Assembly (NCBI RefSeq): GCF_004010195.1
Contig: NC_057718.1
Span: forward strand, 54,830,583-54,880,687
Direction: 5' to 3'
From: Chiloscyllium plagiosum
Lineage: Eukaryota
DNA: 50,105 nt
The notes under the pieces are model-generated. The model was not told the origin of the DNA and did not search any database. It worked only from the letters and a program-made list of their open reading frames with translations. The position numbers and the translations under genes are program-made. This document shows, one piece after another, positions 9,684 to 22,102 of this stretch; position 1 is the stretch's first letter, and every line of letters begins with the position of its first letter.

Positions 9684-12221
9684 CATCACCTCCACTGTTC
9701 AACACACACTGATACCAAGGTGATAGCCAGATAGAGTCGTAGTCATAGAGTCATACAGCTCGGAAATAGACCCTTTGGTCCAGCCAGTCCATGCCGACCA
9801 TAACCCAAACTAAACTAGTCCCACCTGTCTGAGCTTGGTCCATATTCCTCCAAACATTTTTTATTCATGTACTTACCTAGGTGTCTTTAAAACATTGTAA
9901 CTGTACTCGCATTCACCACTTCCTCTGGAAGTTCATTCCACATATAGACCACTGTGTTTTCTTAAAAGAATTGTCCTTCATGTCGTTTTAAATCGTTCTC
10001 CTCACCTTAAAAATATGCTCCCTAGTCTTGGAGTCCCCCATCCTACGCAAAAGCCACCTCATAATTTTATATCCCTCATAATTTTATAAACCTATATAAG
10101 GTCACCCCTCAGCCTCCTTTGCTCAAGTGAGAAAAGTTTCAGCTTCTCTTCATGACTCAAACCCTCCATTCCTGCAACATCTTGGTAATTCTCTCCTGAG
10201 CCCTTTCCAGGTTAATAATATCCCACCTATAGCATTTTGAGAAAACAAACAAGGGCACAACTTAGAGAATTAAATGTAGGGCCTTGAGTAGTATTATAGA
10301 ACAGAGAGATCTAGGGGTTCAGGCACATAATTCTTTGAAGTTTGTGTCACTTATAGGTAGAGTGCTTAAGGAGGCATTTAGCACGCTTCCCTTCATTGCT
10401 CAGGCCTTTGAGTATAGTAGTTAGGACATTGTGTCAGACATGAGGGGAGGCCTCTTCTAGTTGCCCTACTATAGGAGAGGTATTACTAAGCTTGCAATAC
10501 CTTGTATCTATCCAAATTAAACTCCATCTGCCACTCTTCAACCCATTGGCCCAATTGATCACAATCTCTTTGTAATCTTAGATAATCTTTTTCAATGTCC
10601 ACAATACATTTTGGTGTTATATGTAAACTTACTAACCACACCATCTATATTCTCTTCTAAATCATTTATATAAATTACAAACAAAAGTGGACCCAGCACC
10701 AATCCCTATAAAACACTGCTGGTCTTAAGTCTCCAGTCTTAAAAACAACCCTCCACCATCACACTATCTCCTGCCATTAATCAATTTTGTATCCAGTTGG
10801 CAAGCTCACTCTGACTTCCATGTATCCTAACTTTACTAATTAGTCTGTATTGCAGAACTTTGTCAAAGGTTTCACTAACTTCCGTATAAACAATGTCTGC
10901 TGCTTTGGCCTCATCATCTCCCTGGTTACTTTCTCAAAAAAGTCAATCAAGTTTGTGAGACTCAACTGTCCTCACACAAATCATGCTGGCTATTCCTAAT
11001 CATTCCTTGCCTCTCCAAATGCTCAAAAAATCTGCTTTTCAGAATCACTTCCAACAACATACGCACCATCAAAGTCGGGCTCTCAGGTCAATAGTTCCTA
11101 GTCTTCTCCGTAGATTGTTTCTTAAACAAAAACACAAACATTAGCTGGTATCCAGTAATCTGGCACCTCACCTGTAGTTACAAATGATACAAATATTTCT
11201 GCAATTTCCTCCCTAGCTTCCCACAATATCCTGGATGCAATAGGTCAGGTCCCAGAGAGTTAACCAACTTTATATTTTATAAGACCTCCAGCACTTCCTC
11301 TTTTGTAATGTGAACTGTTGTCGAGACATTGCTATTTGTTTCTCTGAGTTCTCTCACACCCACTTCCTTCTCTACAGTAAAAACTGATGCATAATATTCA
11401 TTTAATATCTCTCCCATCTGCTGACATCAACACAAAAATGATTTATTTGATCTTTAAGGGGCCCTACTCTCTCTCTAATTGGTCTCTGGTCTCTTGCTCT
11501 TAATGTACTTGTCGAATGTCTTTGGATTATCTTTAACATTATTTGCCAAGGTTATCTCATATCTTTTTGCCTTCCTGATCTCCCTCAAGAATTTCCCTGC
11601 ACACATTATACTGTTCAAGCGATTCATTCAAACCCAGTTGTCTGTCAAATATATGACTTTTTAAATTTTTGGCTAAAACTTCAATATCTTTATTCAGCCA
11701 TTGTTGTCTGATAGCCTGTCAGCCTTACCTTTTACTCGAAAAGGAACACAATGACTCTGAACTCTCATTATCACACTTTTGGAAGCCTCCCACTTATCAG
11801 ACATCCCTTTATCTGCTAACAGTCAACTCCCGTCACTTTGTGAAATTTCTTGTCTCATACCATTTAAAATTTACCTTACTCCACAATTAAAAGCATTTAG
11901 CACTTATGGAAAGTTTCTCCTCTTCCATAACTACTTAAAACAAATAGAATTGTGATCTCTAGGCCCAAAGCGTTTACCTAATTATCACTTCAGTCACATG
12001 CCGTGTCACTCACTCGACCCAAAGCATTCCCCTATTATCACTTCAATCACATGCCCTGTTTTATTACCCATGGAAGGTCAAGTTTTGTTCTTTCCCTAGT
12101 GGGAACATTCACATATTGATAAAGAAAATTCTTTTGAACACATGTAACAAATTCTTCACCATCTAAACCTTCAACACTGTGGTAGTCCCAGTCAATGTTT
12201 GGAAAACAATGTTCGGGCTCT

Positions 12222-12311
12222 CCTTCGATAGCTCAGCTGGTATAGCGGAGGACTGTAGTGTGTCGCAAATCTGTCATCCATAGGTCGCCGGTTCAATTCC
12301 GGCTCGAAGGA
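12222..12311 (+). tRNA. tRNA-Tyr(GTA) with 17-nt intron (12259-12275); two stem mismatches, probably a pseudogene copy
   Basis: CCTTCGATAGCTCAGCTGGTATAGCGGAGGACTGTAG-[TGTGTCGCAAATCTGTC]-ATCCATAGGTCGCCGGTTCAATTCCGGCTCGAAGGA: 37+36 nt, intron after position 37, anticodon GTA at 12255-12257, TTTT 11 nt downstream. Differs from the vertebrate consensus at 12243 (D stem G>T) and 12280 (anticodon stem T>A). Confidence 0.9.
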
Positions 12312-12324
12312 GCCTCAGCTGTTT

Positions 12325-12638
12325 TATGGGCGGCACGGTGGCACAGTGGTTAGCACTGCTACCTCACAGCACCAGAGACCCAGGTTCAAATCCCACCTCA
12401 GGCGACGGACTGTGTGGAGTTTGCACATTCTCCCCGTGTCTGCGTGGGTTTCCTCCGGGTGCTCCGGTTTCCTCCCACAGTCGAAAGATGTGCAGGTCAG
12501 GTGAATTGGCCATAATAAATTGCCCGTAGTGTTAGGTGAAGGGGTAAATGTGGGGGTATGGGTGGGTTGCACTTTGGCGGGTCGGTGTGGACTGGTTGGG
12601 CCGAAGGGCCTGTTTCCACACTGTAAGTAATCTAATCT
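12325..12638 (+). mobile_element. HE1-type tRNA-derived SINE, full length
   Basis: A box GGTGGCACAGTGG, B box GGTTCAAATCCC, core TGTGTGGAGTTTGCACATTCTCCCCGTGTCTGCGTGGGTTTCC, LINE-like tail GGGCCGAAGGGCCTGTTTCCACACTGTA and (AATCT)n. Confidence 0.92.
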
Positions 12639-12739
12639 AAACTAAAATCACCTACTATTATAACCTTATTATTCTTATATATATCTGAGATCTCTCTAGA
12701 TATTTGTTCCTCAATTTCCCTCTGACTATTGGGGGGGTC

Positions 12740-12817
12740 TATAGTACAATCCCATTAAGGTATAGTACAATCCCATATAGTACAATCCCATTATAGTACA
12801 ATCCCATTAATCCCATT
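12740..12817. repeat. Minisatellite: 4 copies of TATAGTACAATCCCA(T) inside the LINE
   Basis: Four consecutive TATAGTACAATCCCA units with variable 0-6 nt spacers. Confidence 0.85.
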
Positions 12818-13639
12818 TCTTTTTTATTTCTAATTCCAACCCATATATTTTCACTGGACAAGTTTTCAGAAATATCTTCTCTGATTACAACAGTAATGTT
12901 TTCTTTAATCAAAAATGCCACTCCCCTCTCCTCTTTTGCTTCCCTTTCTGTCCTTGCTATGATATCCAAAACCCAGAACATTGAACTGCCAATTCTGTGC
13001 ATCCCTCAGCCAAGTTTCTGTAATAGCTATGACATCCCAATCCCATGTTCCCAAATGTGCCCTGACTTCATCAGCCTTGCGTGTAAGACCTCTTGCATTG
13101 AAATAAATGTAATTTAATTCTTCAGATTTACTTTGTTCTCTGTCTTGCTCTTGTCTGTCTTTTCTAATTAACTTGTTCTTTTCACATTCAAAACCATTCT
13201 CATCCATTTTTCTATCTACTCTGCTACTTGGGATCCCTTCACCACCAGCACTGCCCCACCCACCCTCTCTAGTAGTTTACAGTCACCCTTAATAGAATGA
13301 GCAAATCTTCCTGCTAGGAAATTGGTCCCTTTCCAATCCTGGTAAAACCATTCTTTTGAACAGGTGCTTTTTTTTTCCCCAGAAGTGATCCCAATCATCC
13401 AAGAACTTGAATCCCAGAACATTACACCGTCTCCTCAGCCATTGATTTATCTTCTTTATTCTTTTTATTCTTTCCCTCATTCAGTCTTGGCACCAGGAGA
13501 TTACTACCTTTGAGGTTCTGTTTTGTAATCTTCTACTTAATCTCTTATATTTAATCCGTAATGCCTTAATTTTTTTCCTTAACTATGTCCTTCCCACCGA
13601 TGTGTGCAGTAACTTGAGGTTTCTCACTCTCCCCTTAAT

Positions 13640-13950
13640 GATTAGATTAGATTAGATTCCCTAGAGTGGAAACAGGCCCTTCGGCCCAACCAGTCCACAC
13701 CAACCCTGCGAAGAGCAACCCTCCCAGACCCATCTCCCTCCGACCAATGCCCCCAACACTACGGTAATTTACCATGGCCAATTCACCTGACCTGCACATC
13801 TTTGGACCGTGGGAGGAAACCAGAGCACCCAGAGGAAACCCACACAGACACAGGGAGAATGTGCAAATTCCACACAGTCACCCAAGGCTGGAATCGAACC
13901 TGGGACCCTGGCGCTGTGAGGCAGCAGTGCTAACCACTGAGCCACCCTGC
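13640..13950 (-). mobile_element. HE1-type SINE
   Basis: Reverse complement of the 12325 element: (ATTAG)n tail, GTGGAAACAGGCCCTTCGGCCC ... GCAGCAGTGCTAACCACTGAGCCACC. Confidence 0.9.
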
Positions 13951-16900
13951 TTCAAATGTTTTGAAATGTGCTTAATCCTGGCACCAGGAAAGCAAGCAAC
14001 ATACTATCCTCGATTCATGTTTATTGTCGCAGAATCTCCTGTTTGTGTCCTTGACAGGAAAACTTCTTATAACAACAATTCTTTCAAATTTTGTGAAACC
14101 CTGTTTAACAGAAGATTCATTCTTAGTGCCCAAGATCTCACTGCCTGTTCTGTAGTCCTCTGGGACGCTATCCTTTTTTAACAGTACCCAAAATTAAGTA
14201 TCTGTAGCTGAGCGAGGAATAGCCACAGGAGACTTCTGAACTACAGTTTTATCTTTTCTGACAGTCACCCATCGATCTGACTGATCCGCGACGTATTCAC
14301 TTCTCTAAAGCTACTCGCCATCTAATTCTGTGTCTCTTGTATGCCCTAAACGATATTAAGCCTAAAAAGAAGCAGTTTACAATAGAACCTTATATGCAAA
14401 ATAAACTACCTTTCCTTACCCAAAGAATTAATATTAAGTAAGCAAAAAAAATAAAAGAAATCTTAAAAAGAAATTAACTACTTATCTGAATAATCGAATT
14501 TAACCCCCCTCCCCCAAGTTGTCCAGCAAACAGTTAGTTTCCAGTCTTCTGATATAAAAAAATGTACTCCCGAGCCATCCGTATGTAGACTTCTCCAAAA
14601 ACTCTGTAAACGCAACTATTTAAAAAAAAAGTTCTCCTCTGCAACTTTAAAAAATTTTTGCATATAATTTTACAGAAGAAAAGCTGAGCTGTCCACATGG
14701 AGGCGTTTCCAAATGGTCTAGTAACAGAACTCTTGGAAAAAGAATCACACGCATGTTTTGTTTTTTTTTTGCACTTTTGACTGTAAAAGAATCAGATATA
14801 CATCCGAATAAAAATCTTATACCAATGAAATGTAATAACTGTAAGAAATCTAGAAGTAAATCTAGAAATTAGTCTGCAAGGTGCAGCTGCAAGATTTGTG
14901 CTATTCTCAGTCCATCATTTTAGGACCCTAGATGGCAGTATCTGAACACTCAATGTCAGTTTGATTCAGTTGCATTTTAATTTGTTGTCTTGTGCTCCTT
15001 GTTTCTGAGTTGAGGAACATATTGTGTCATGTCGTTCCTCAGTTCCAAGCTCCTCTCCTTCTGCTCTCTTTTCCACTTTGCTATGAATCAAGTTGTTCCT
15101 ACTTTTTAACTTCAGCACTGATCCTCCCACTATACCATCCCTAACACAGTACTTTCTAGGAGAACAAGCATTTCTTTCAGTGACTGAGGAACCTTGTATT
15201 TTAGGGAACCAGTCCGAGATGAGAGGATCACTTAATTTCTTAACTGTCAATGATACAGCTCTGCTTTTGTTTTAAACAAGGATCATGGTTTAGATCAACT
15301 AATGTTCTGGCAAGTGAAAATGGATATCAGTTTAAAATTGTGGTCATTGTAATTTTTTTTAAGAAAATGACAAAATAGATTTAACAAAAGTTCAGCAGTG
15401 TTTGTTTTAATTAACTCAAATTTTCTAGTACATAACTGCCAGTTTATTCTTCCTGACCATCAGAAGTAAAGAAACCAGCGGCATATCAAAGGTGCCCCCC
15501 CCAGCCCCCCATGGTTTTGACCGAGCCATTCTTAAATATGTTTAAGGCTGAGGTAGAGATATTTTTGGTCTGTGGGAATCAAGAGATGCATGCTATCTTT
15601 TACTACTAACTCCTGAAACCAACCAAAAACATGCAGGAATGGTTAGAATGCACTGTGACCACAGCTGCATATACAGATTCTCTCATGGAACTGTCAGTGG
15701 ATTCTGCAAAATTGACATATATTTCACAAGCTAGTTATGTTGGGATAAACCTTTTTTTAAATCATGAGAACAAGAATAGCTATTGTAGTAATTTAAAAGG
15801 CAAAAAAACCCAAATAAAAGTGCGGTTGTATAATTAAAAAGGCCTGGTTAATATTGCAACTTTGCTTTGGTGTGGGGGCGGGGAAAAGAATTTATGGTTA
15901 CCAAAGAACTTGAATGTTAAGAAGGTTGTTTTCTGAATAATTGCAACCTCTTTCATTTACTGACTTTTGTTGGAAATGCGGTAGTTATAAGACACCAGTT
16001 TGCAAAAAGGATTGCATAATTCAGTGCTTAAGCAGAGCTGCAATAAAGCACATCTCGCTTTAAATATTCCTGATGCCAAATTTGTGAATGTGCAGGAAGC
16101 AGATAGGAGGCCATTTAAAAATCTTGTTTAAAGATGGTACTTTCAGTAATGGAGTACTGGCAGATTTTGTGCTTGTCCTGGAGTACGGTTTGAATCCATG
16201 ACTGTCTTACTCAAAAGTTTCCAACAGAACTATAGTTCATACCCTTTTTATTGTATGCAGTTCAACAGGGTGGAATGTGACGATTCAGCCCATTATGTCA
16301 GCTTTCATGTAGTACTGTCAATTTAGCCCCATGGTCATTTCCCTTTATACCCTTTTAAATTTTTGCTTAAATATTTATCCATTTCTCCTTTAATTTTTAC
16401 ATATGTAATACATCTGTATTATTATTCACAGATCTGATTATGAATTATTTTGTGTAGTTATATGGAAGTATTCCCACATCATTTCTGGATATAGCTGAAA
16501 GATCTGGAATTGGAAAATATCTGTAGGGTTTAAGCACAAAAATGTTTAAAATTAAGCATTAAAGGTATATTTGACACAGAAAATGTACCGCTCTGGAATT
16601 CAAACAGAATCAGCCTCTCAACTGCTCCAAGGTGGCGTTGCTGCTTTGATCAGGCAACAAAACCATTGGGTTCATTGTCAAGGTAGTTTAGGGTTAGACT
16701 GGCAGCGATGAGGCAAGGCCGTAAGTGTGTCATTGGAAGTCAGTCATAGAGTATTTGATTTCATTAATCTTTGATAATAAGTGGAACAGATGGTAGAGGA
16801 GGCCATTGGTGATCAGTGGCAGCCGGGCTCTAAAAGGGGATGGTAACCTGCTGTTGACTCAAGGAGGATTGGTGGTGACCTCTTAGCAAAGCACACTGAC

Positions 16901-17339
16901 ACTCATTATTGTTGGGTAAAAGGTAAATGACCAGAGAAGAATTGAAGGATCCCCTCCAAAGACAGCATGTGAGAGAGGGACAGCCTTTTGGCCTGGGACT
17001 GTCACCAGTATTTCTCCTCTGGAAGGGGAGAGCATTAATGGGTGGAGGGAGGACTAAGATTCAGAAATAAAAAAGTATCAGGAGGGCCACCCTTTGTCTG
17101 GGCATGGTGAAGAAGGGTACAGAATAAACTGACAGTAGATCACCACACCAAGAAAGATTCAACTGGAGCCAGAAGTGTGCTGTACGCAACTAGGTGTAGA
17201 CTAGAACTGTAGGTGTCAGGATGTCAGTGTTAAAGAAGATTGTGGCTGGTGAGGAAGGCTGTCTTGGATTTGCACATCATGCTAAATGATAAACTGTGAC
17301 CTATGGGCCTCAATGGACACCCAGTGCCTGTGGCTTTGA

Positions 17340-18725
17340 AGATACCCCTGTTTAAAAAGGGAGTAAGGCAAAAGATGGAAAATTACAGACAAATTAGCCT
17401 AACTTCGATTGTAGATAAGATCCTGGAATCCATTTTGAAAGATGAGATTTATGAATACTTAGAAATGTATGGTACAATAAGGCAAAGTCAACATGGTTTC
17501 ATCAAGGGAAAGTCATGCCTGACAAATCTGGTGGAAGTCTTTGAGGAAGTAACGAGCAGGTTAGACCAAGGAGAGCTAATGGATGTTATCAACCTGGACT
17601 TCAAGAAGGTCTTTGACAGGGTGCCATACAGAAGGCTACTGAGTAAGATAAGGACCCATGGTGTTAAAGGTAAGGTGCTAGCATGGATAGAAGCTTGACT
17701 GTCTGGTAGAAAGCAGAGAGTGGGGATAAAAGGGTCCTTCTCAGGATGGCAGTCAGTGTCGAGAGGTGTTCCGCAAGGCTCAGTATTGGGACCACAACTT
17801 TTCACTTTATACATTAACAATTAATGAACTGAGGGCATTCTGGCTACGTTTGCAGATGACAAAGATAGATGGACACGTAGTATTGAGGAAGCGGGGAGAC
17901 TCATTTGGACAGGTTAGGAGAGTGGGTAAAGAAGTGGCAGATGAAGTACATTGTGGGAAGGTGTGAGGTCAGGCACTTTGGTAAGAAGAATGGAAGGATG
18001 GACTATTTTCTAAATGGGGAGAAAATTCAGAAATCTGAAGTGCAAAGAGACTTGGGAGTTCTAGTCCAAGATTATCTCAAAGTAAACTTGCAGGTTGAGT
18101 CAGTAGTTAGGAAGGCAAATGCAATGATGGCATTTATTTTGAGAGGACTTGAATATAAAAGCAAGGATGTACTTCTGAGGTACTATAAGGCTCTGATCAG
18201 ACCACATTTGGAATATTATGTGCAGTTTTGGGCCCCATATCTCAGGAAGGATGTACTGACCCTGGAGCATGTTCAGTGGAGGTTCACGAGAATGGTCCCA
18301 GGACTGAAAAGCTTAACATATGAGGAGCATTTGAGGACTCTGGGTCTATGCTCGATGGAGTTTAGAAGGATGAATTGAACCATACAGACTACTGCATGGC
18401 TTAGACAGAGTAGATGTAAGGAAGATGTTTCCATTGGTAGGAGAGACTAGGACCTGAGGGTACAGCCTTAGAGTAAAGGGAAGACCTTTTAGTTACGGAG
18501 ATAAGGAGAATCTTCTTCAGCCAGTGAGTGGTGAATCAATGGAATTCATTGCCACAGAAGGCTGTGGAGGTCAGGTCATTGAGTAAATTTAAGACGGAGA
18601 TAGATAGGTTCTTGACTGTCAAGGGCATCAAGGCTTAAGGGGAGGAAGCAGGAGAAGGAGGTTGAGAAACCTATCAGCCATGATTGAATGGCCTAATTTC
18701 TGTTCCTATGTCTTATGGTCTTATA
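17340..18725 (+). mobile_element. CR1 LINE 3' ~1.4 kb (RT domain and tail), 5'-truncated, frameshifted
   Basis: PLFKKG..NYRQISLTS..SQHGFIKGKSCLTNL..LDFKKVFDRVP, GVPQGSVLGP, RPHLEYYVQFWAPY. Tail TCCTATGTCTTATGGTCTTA. Confidence 0.93.
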
Positions 18726-19435
18726 ACTCTTGTTGCACTGAACTATTATTAATCAGGCACCTCCCAGTTCACTGGGATAAGTGTGGGATCTCCTAATGAA
18801 TAGTTCATTGCTAAATCAAGGAGTTGACCAATATCTTAATTAAGAGGGCTGCTAACTATGCATTTCCAGACCAGTCCTGGCAGGCAGAGAGGTCATCAGC
18901 TTCAAGGCCGTCATTGGATTCCCCACTTATATGTGTGTGGCCATCAAGGTCTTTGGGACCACCCAGAGGCTTTCATAGAAGACAGTCAACTCCATCAACG
19001 TTCAACTGGTCGGTAACCGACAAAAAGTGCATTGTGCGGATGTGACTCTAAATTCCTCGGTGTAGTTATGATGCATGCCTACTTCAACTGTCCTAGATAG
19101 CATTGCTGTTCCAACCCTAATATGCCTTTAGTGATAGATCTTCAGGGTCAACAGTTGCCCACTGAAGACATGACTGCTAGTATTGGTGAAGAGCCTTCAT
19201 GCTACAGTAGCGGAATAATACCAATATCTGCCACTGATCAAACCTAGTAACCATCACAGATCAGTGGCCTCCTCAAGATGTGATCTTAAGACCGATGAGT
19301 TGGAAAAGGACATTGCAGCACTCTTAATCCATTGCTGCAACTTCGCCAACACAAACTGTTAAATTGTTAGAAGATGTCATTGAGGCAATCCTGTGTGGTT
19401 TTACTTATCATGATTGGTTGTGTGCCAATTTTATA

Positions 19436-20240
19436 ATGCTAGAAGAAGACAACAAGCCAGGCAGCATCAGGAGGTGAATAAGTTGATGTTTCGGGTGTAA
19501 CCCTTCTTCAGGACTTGGGGTGGGTGAGAGGGGAGCTACAGATATAGGGGGTGAGAGGGCAGGCTGGTGAAATGGCTATAGGTGGAGGCAGGTAGAGGGT
19601 ATGACCTCATTGGTCAATGGGAGGAATGAATACAGTGGCAGTGAGGGGGAGGGAGGCCACCTGAAACTGGAGAACTCAAAGCTGGGTCACACGGGCTGCA
19701 GGGTGCCCAGGCAGAAGGTAGGGTGCCCTCTTTCCCCCCCCCCCAATAGGCGCTGCAGCCCGTCCTGGCAATGGAGGAGGCCAAGGATAGTCACGCCTGA
19801 AAGGGAGAAGTTGGGGGAACTGAAATGGGTGCCGACAGTGAGGACTGGTTGGCCCTGCAGACCCGGCTGCGACACTTGGTGAGCCGCCCTTCAAGTACAT
19901 GCCTGGTCTCCCCGACTGCAGAGAAGACCACACCAGGAGCACCCAATGCAATGGAAGAGAGTCAGGTGAACCCCACCTGGAAGGATAGCCCGGGACTCCA
20001 GTTGGAGGCGAGAGGGGTGGTGAACCAGCAGGCATTGCACCCTTCCTGGTGCGGGGGGAAGGCAGCTGGGGGCCCGGTGGCAGGGGTGGTGTGAACCAAT
20101 GACTGTCGGAGGAACGGCCCCCATGGAAGGCTGAGAGCGATGGGAAGTTTCAGCTGCATCTCTTCTTCAGAACAGGGTGTGGAGGCGGGGGGAGCGCTGC
20201 AGATACAGGGGGTGGTGAGGGCAAGGTGGTGAAGTGGGGA
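19436..20240 (-). mobile_element. Penelope-like element 3' part (GIY-YIG endonuclease region and pLTR)
   Basis: Minus strand gives LFHCIGCSWCGLLC.. (cf. YCIRCSRCGLLYIGET) and PVLTVGTHFSSPNFSLSGVTILGLLHC..FCLGTLQP, followed by a C-rich UTR and a hammerhead motif. Confidence 0.8.
19481..19515 (-). ncRNA. Minimal hammerhead ribozyme motif in Penelope pLTR
   Basis: Minus strand AGTC-CTGAAGA-A-GGGT(TAC)ACCC-GAAA-CA-TC-AACT: cores and stem II intact, one mismatch in stem I. Confidence 0.55.
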
Positions 20241-20330
20241 TTCGAGCATCTGGAGTTTTTTTGTCTCAATACTAACTTTATTAATGCTAAACGGGCCATT
20301 ACCAAATCTGCAGATGAGCCTGTTTTTCTA

Positions 20331-20430
20331 ATCAACCTATTCAGAGATGTTTTATACACCTCTGGATCAAGTGGTATGAACCCAGGCCTCCCTGTGCCAG
20401 GGGTAGGGACACTAACAATGTGCCACAAGT
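20331..20430 (-). mobile_element. Short tRNA-like SINE head of a non-HE1 family (related copies ~45748-45842 and ~45926-46016)
   Basis: Shared pattern ATCAACCT.TTCA.AGATGTT.T..ACAC.TC.GGA.CA.GTGG.A..TGAA...TGTGCCACAAG. Degenerate A/B-box-like motifs on the minus strand. Confidence 0.5.
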
Positions 20431-22102
20431 GGCCGATTAATTCAGTAATTAATTAGTAATAATTAAGCAATAGCTAGATTGTACAATTTCTTTTTTTTAA
20501 TCATGTCCCAATGAGAATTCTAAGTCAGTAACATAGATTAGCATCTCTTGTGCTGCAAATTGAGCAGTTTAGTTCAGAGATTTGACTGCAGTACCAAACA
20601 GATGAGGATAACACAAGTGATCTTGAATCCTCTGGATAAACAGGAAGCTTTCTGTTCAGTGCTACTCCAGATTTTCCACTTTGCTCAATCGGGGGATAGC
20701 AACAGACTTCAGGAGGATAAAGATTGGTAAAAGATGTAGTCACATGGCAGATGAAGTAAGGAATGTATTAAAAGATATGGAAACAATTCTGAAGGGTGCA
20801 CAATTAACATAGATTTAAAATAATTTATAGTATTTCTGCATGTAACATGAAAAAATCTGATGCAGTGTGGTGGAATTATCATCAGGAATGTATGAATTGA
20901 AAGGGTGGTGGAATGAGGTTTAATAGTGACCTTCAAAAAAAATTGAACTAGATAAATATTTACGTGGAAAATGTATAGGACTGTGTAGAAAGAGTGTGAG
21001 AATAATCGGACAGCTGTTTCAAAGAATTGGCAGTCTCTAAATAGGCTGAATGTGATCCTTCTGTACTGTATCATTCTGGAATATGTAACCTCAGGAAGAT
21101 TTTTACTAAATCAAATAAATCTTTGATTTCACATCAGCCACCCTTCGGCCTGGTCGTAATAAATTAATATTTGTGGACAGCTTTGTGTTGTGGATTGAAC
21201 AAGAAGAGAGGTTAAATAATTATTTCACTTGAAGGAGGACACCAAACCTTACCTCAGGTGAAAAAAAAACCCTCTTAAAATGCTTCATGTAATGAGATGA
21301 TTTAAAATTCAGCTTTCAGTACTATAGCTTCTAAAGCCTGCAATGCATTCTGGAAACGATTCTGTCATTGATAATGATTGTTACAAGATCTTATTGTGCA
21401 TTCATATTGTATAAGTTTTCAAAGGATAATAAAAAAGGACAAGTGACTTTGAGAGTACTCTGCATATGTTGGCTGCTGTGGGCATGACCTGCATAGAATA
21501 GATTACATCATCATTAAGCAAGGATATCTATTTCGCAATGGTGCAAATATGTGGCACACAAGCTGCAGCACTCTTGAATGGCAGTATATTGCATAATTAT
21601 TTTACTTTTTAAACTATTGAAAATCATAACATAAAAGCACTAAATTATTAAAAGATGTTTTTAGGTATCTGACTGATTGGTAAATGTTTTTTTAAAAAAG
21701 AAACCCATACTGTTATTTGTTTGTGAGTTTGCTTCGTGCAAATTAGCTTCTACATTTCCTATAGTAACAACAATGACTACAATTCAATAAGTATTGTAAG
21801 TATTATAACATGCTTTGAAACATATGGTAGTCATGAAAACCACAATATAAAGTTGTATTTTTCTCTCAATCTCTTTTTTTTTATTCTTTCAAATGGAAAG
21901 GTTCTAATTCTACCCTGATGTAGCTATTAATATTTGTATACAGGGGTATTCAGTTCACACCATTGCAGATCAAATGGTAGGCTTTGCTTCAAAACAGCAA
22001 TGTAGTTTCAAACTGTATTTTTTTAGAAACCTATGTACAGTAACCAGATGATCCAAATTAAAAGCAATTGAACACAGTTTTAATTGATTAATTTTATTTC
22101 AG

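Larger units (their letters stand above)
9735..14340 (-). mobile_element. Long decayed CR1/HER1 LINE (ORF1 esterase-like, endonuclease, RT, 3' tail) with nested insertions
   Basis: Minus-strand motifs: INQWLRRRCNVLGFKFLDDWDHFWG and KGTNFLAGRF (ORF1 SGNH esterase-like), IYFNARGL..WDWDVIAITETWL, GDFSFPNIDWD, WQMEFN. Tail of (ATGACTCT)-like repeats near 9735-9755. Confidence 0.85.

Noticed and set aside
12222..12311. Fully functional native tRNA-Tyr locus
   Set aside because: D-stem and anticodon-stem mismatches and its position inside a LINE insertion favour a mobilised copy. Expression cannot be excluded.
12740..12817. CRISPR-like direct repeats
   Set aside because: Eukaryotic context, no unique regular spacers, no cas genes, and the unit derives from LINE sequence.
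14925..14940. CTCF-like motif ACCCTAGATGGCAG (similar at ~16626 and ~35348)
   Set aside because: Imperfect matches of this length are expected by chance in 50 kb, and there is no independent support.
14966..15250. 94-aa minus-strand ORF in non-repetitive DNA as a nested gene
   Set aside because: Non-ATG start, no recognisable family, weak acceptor, and a length compatible with chance.
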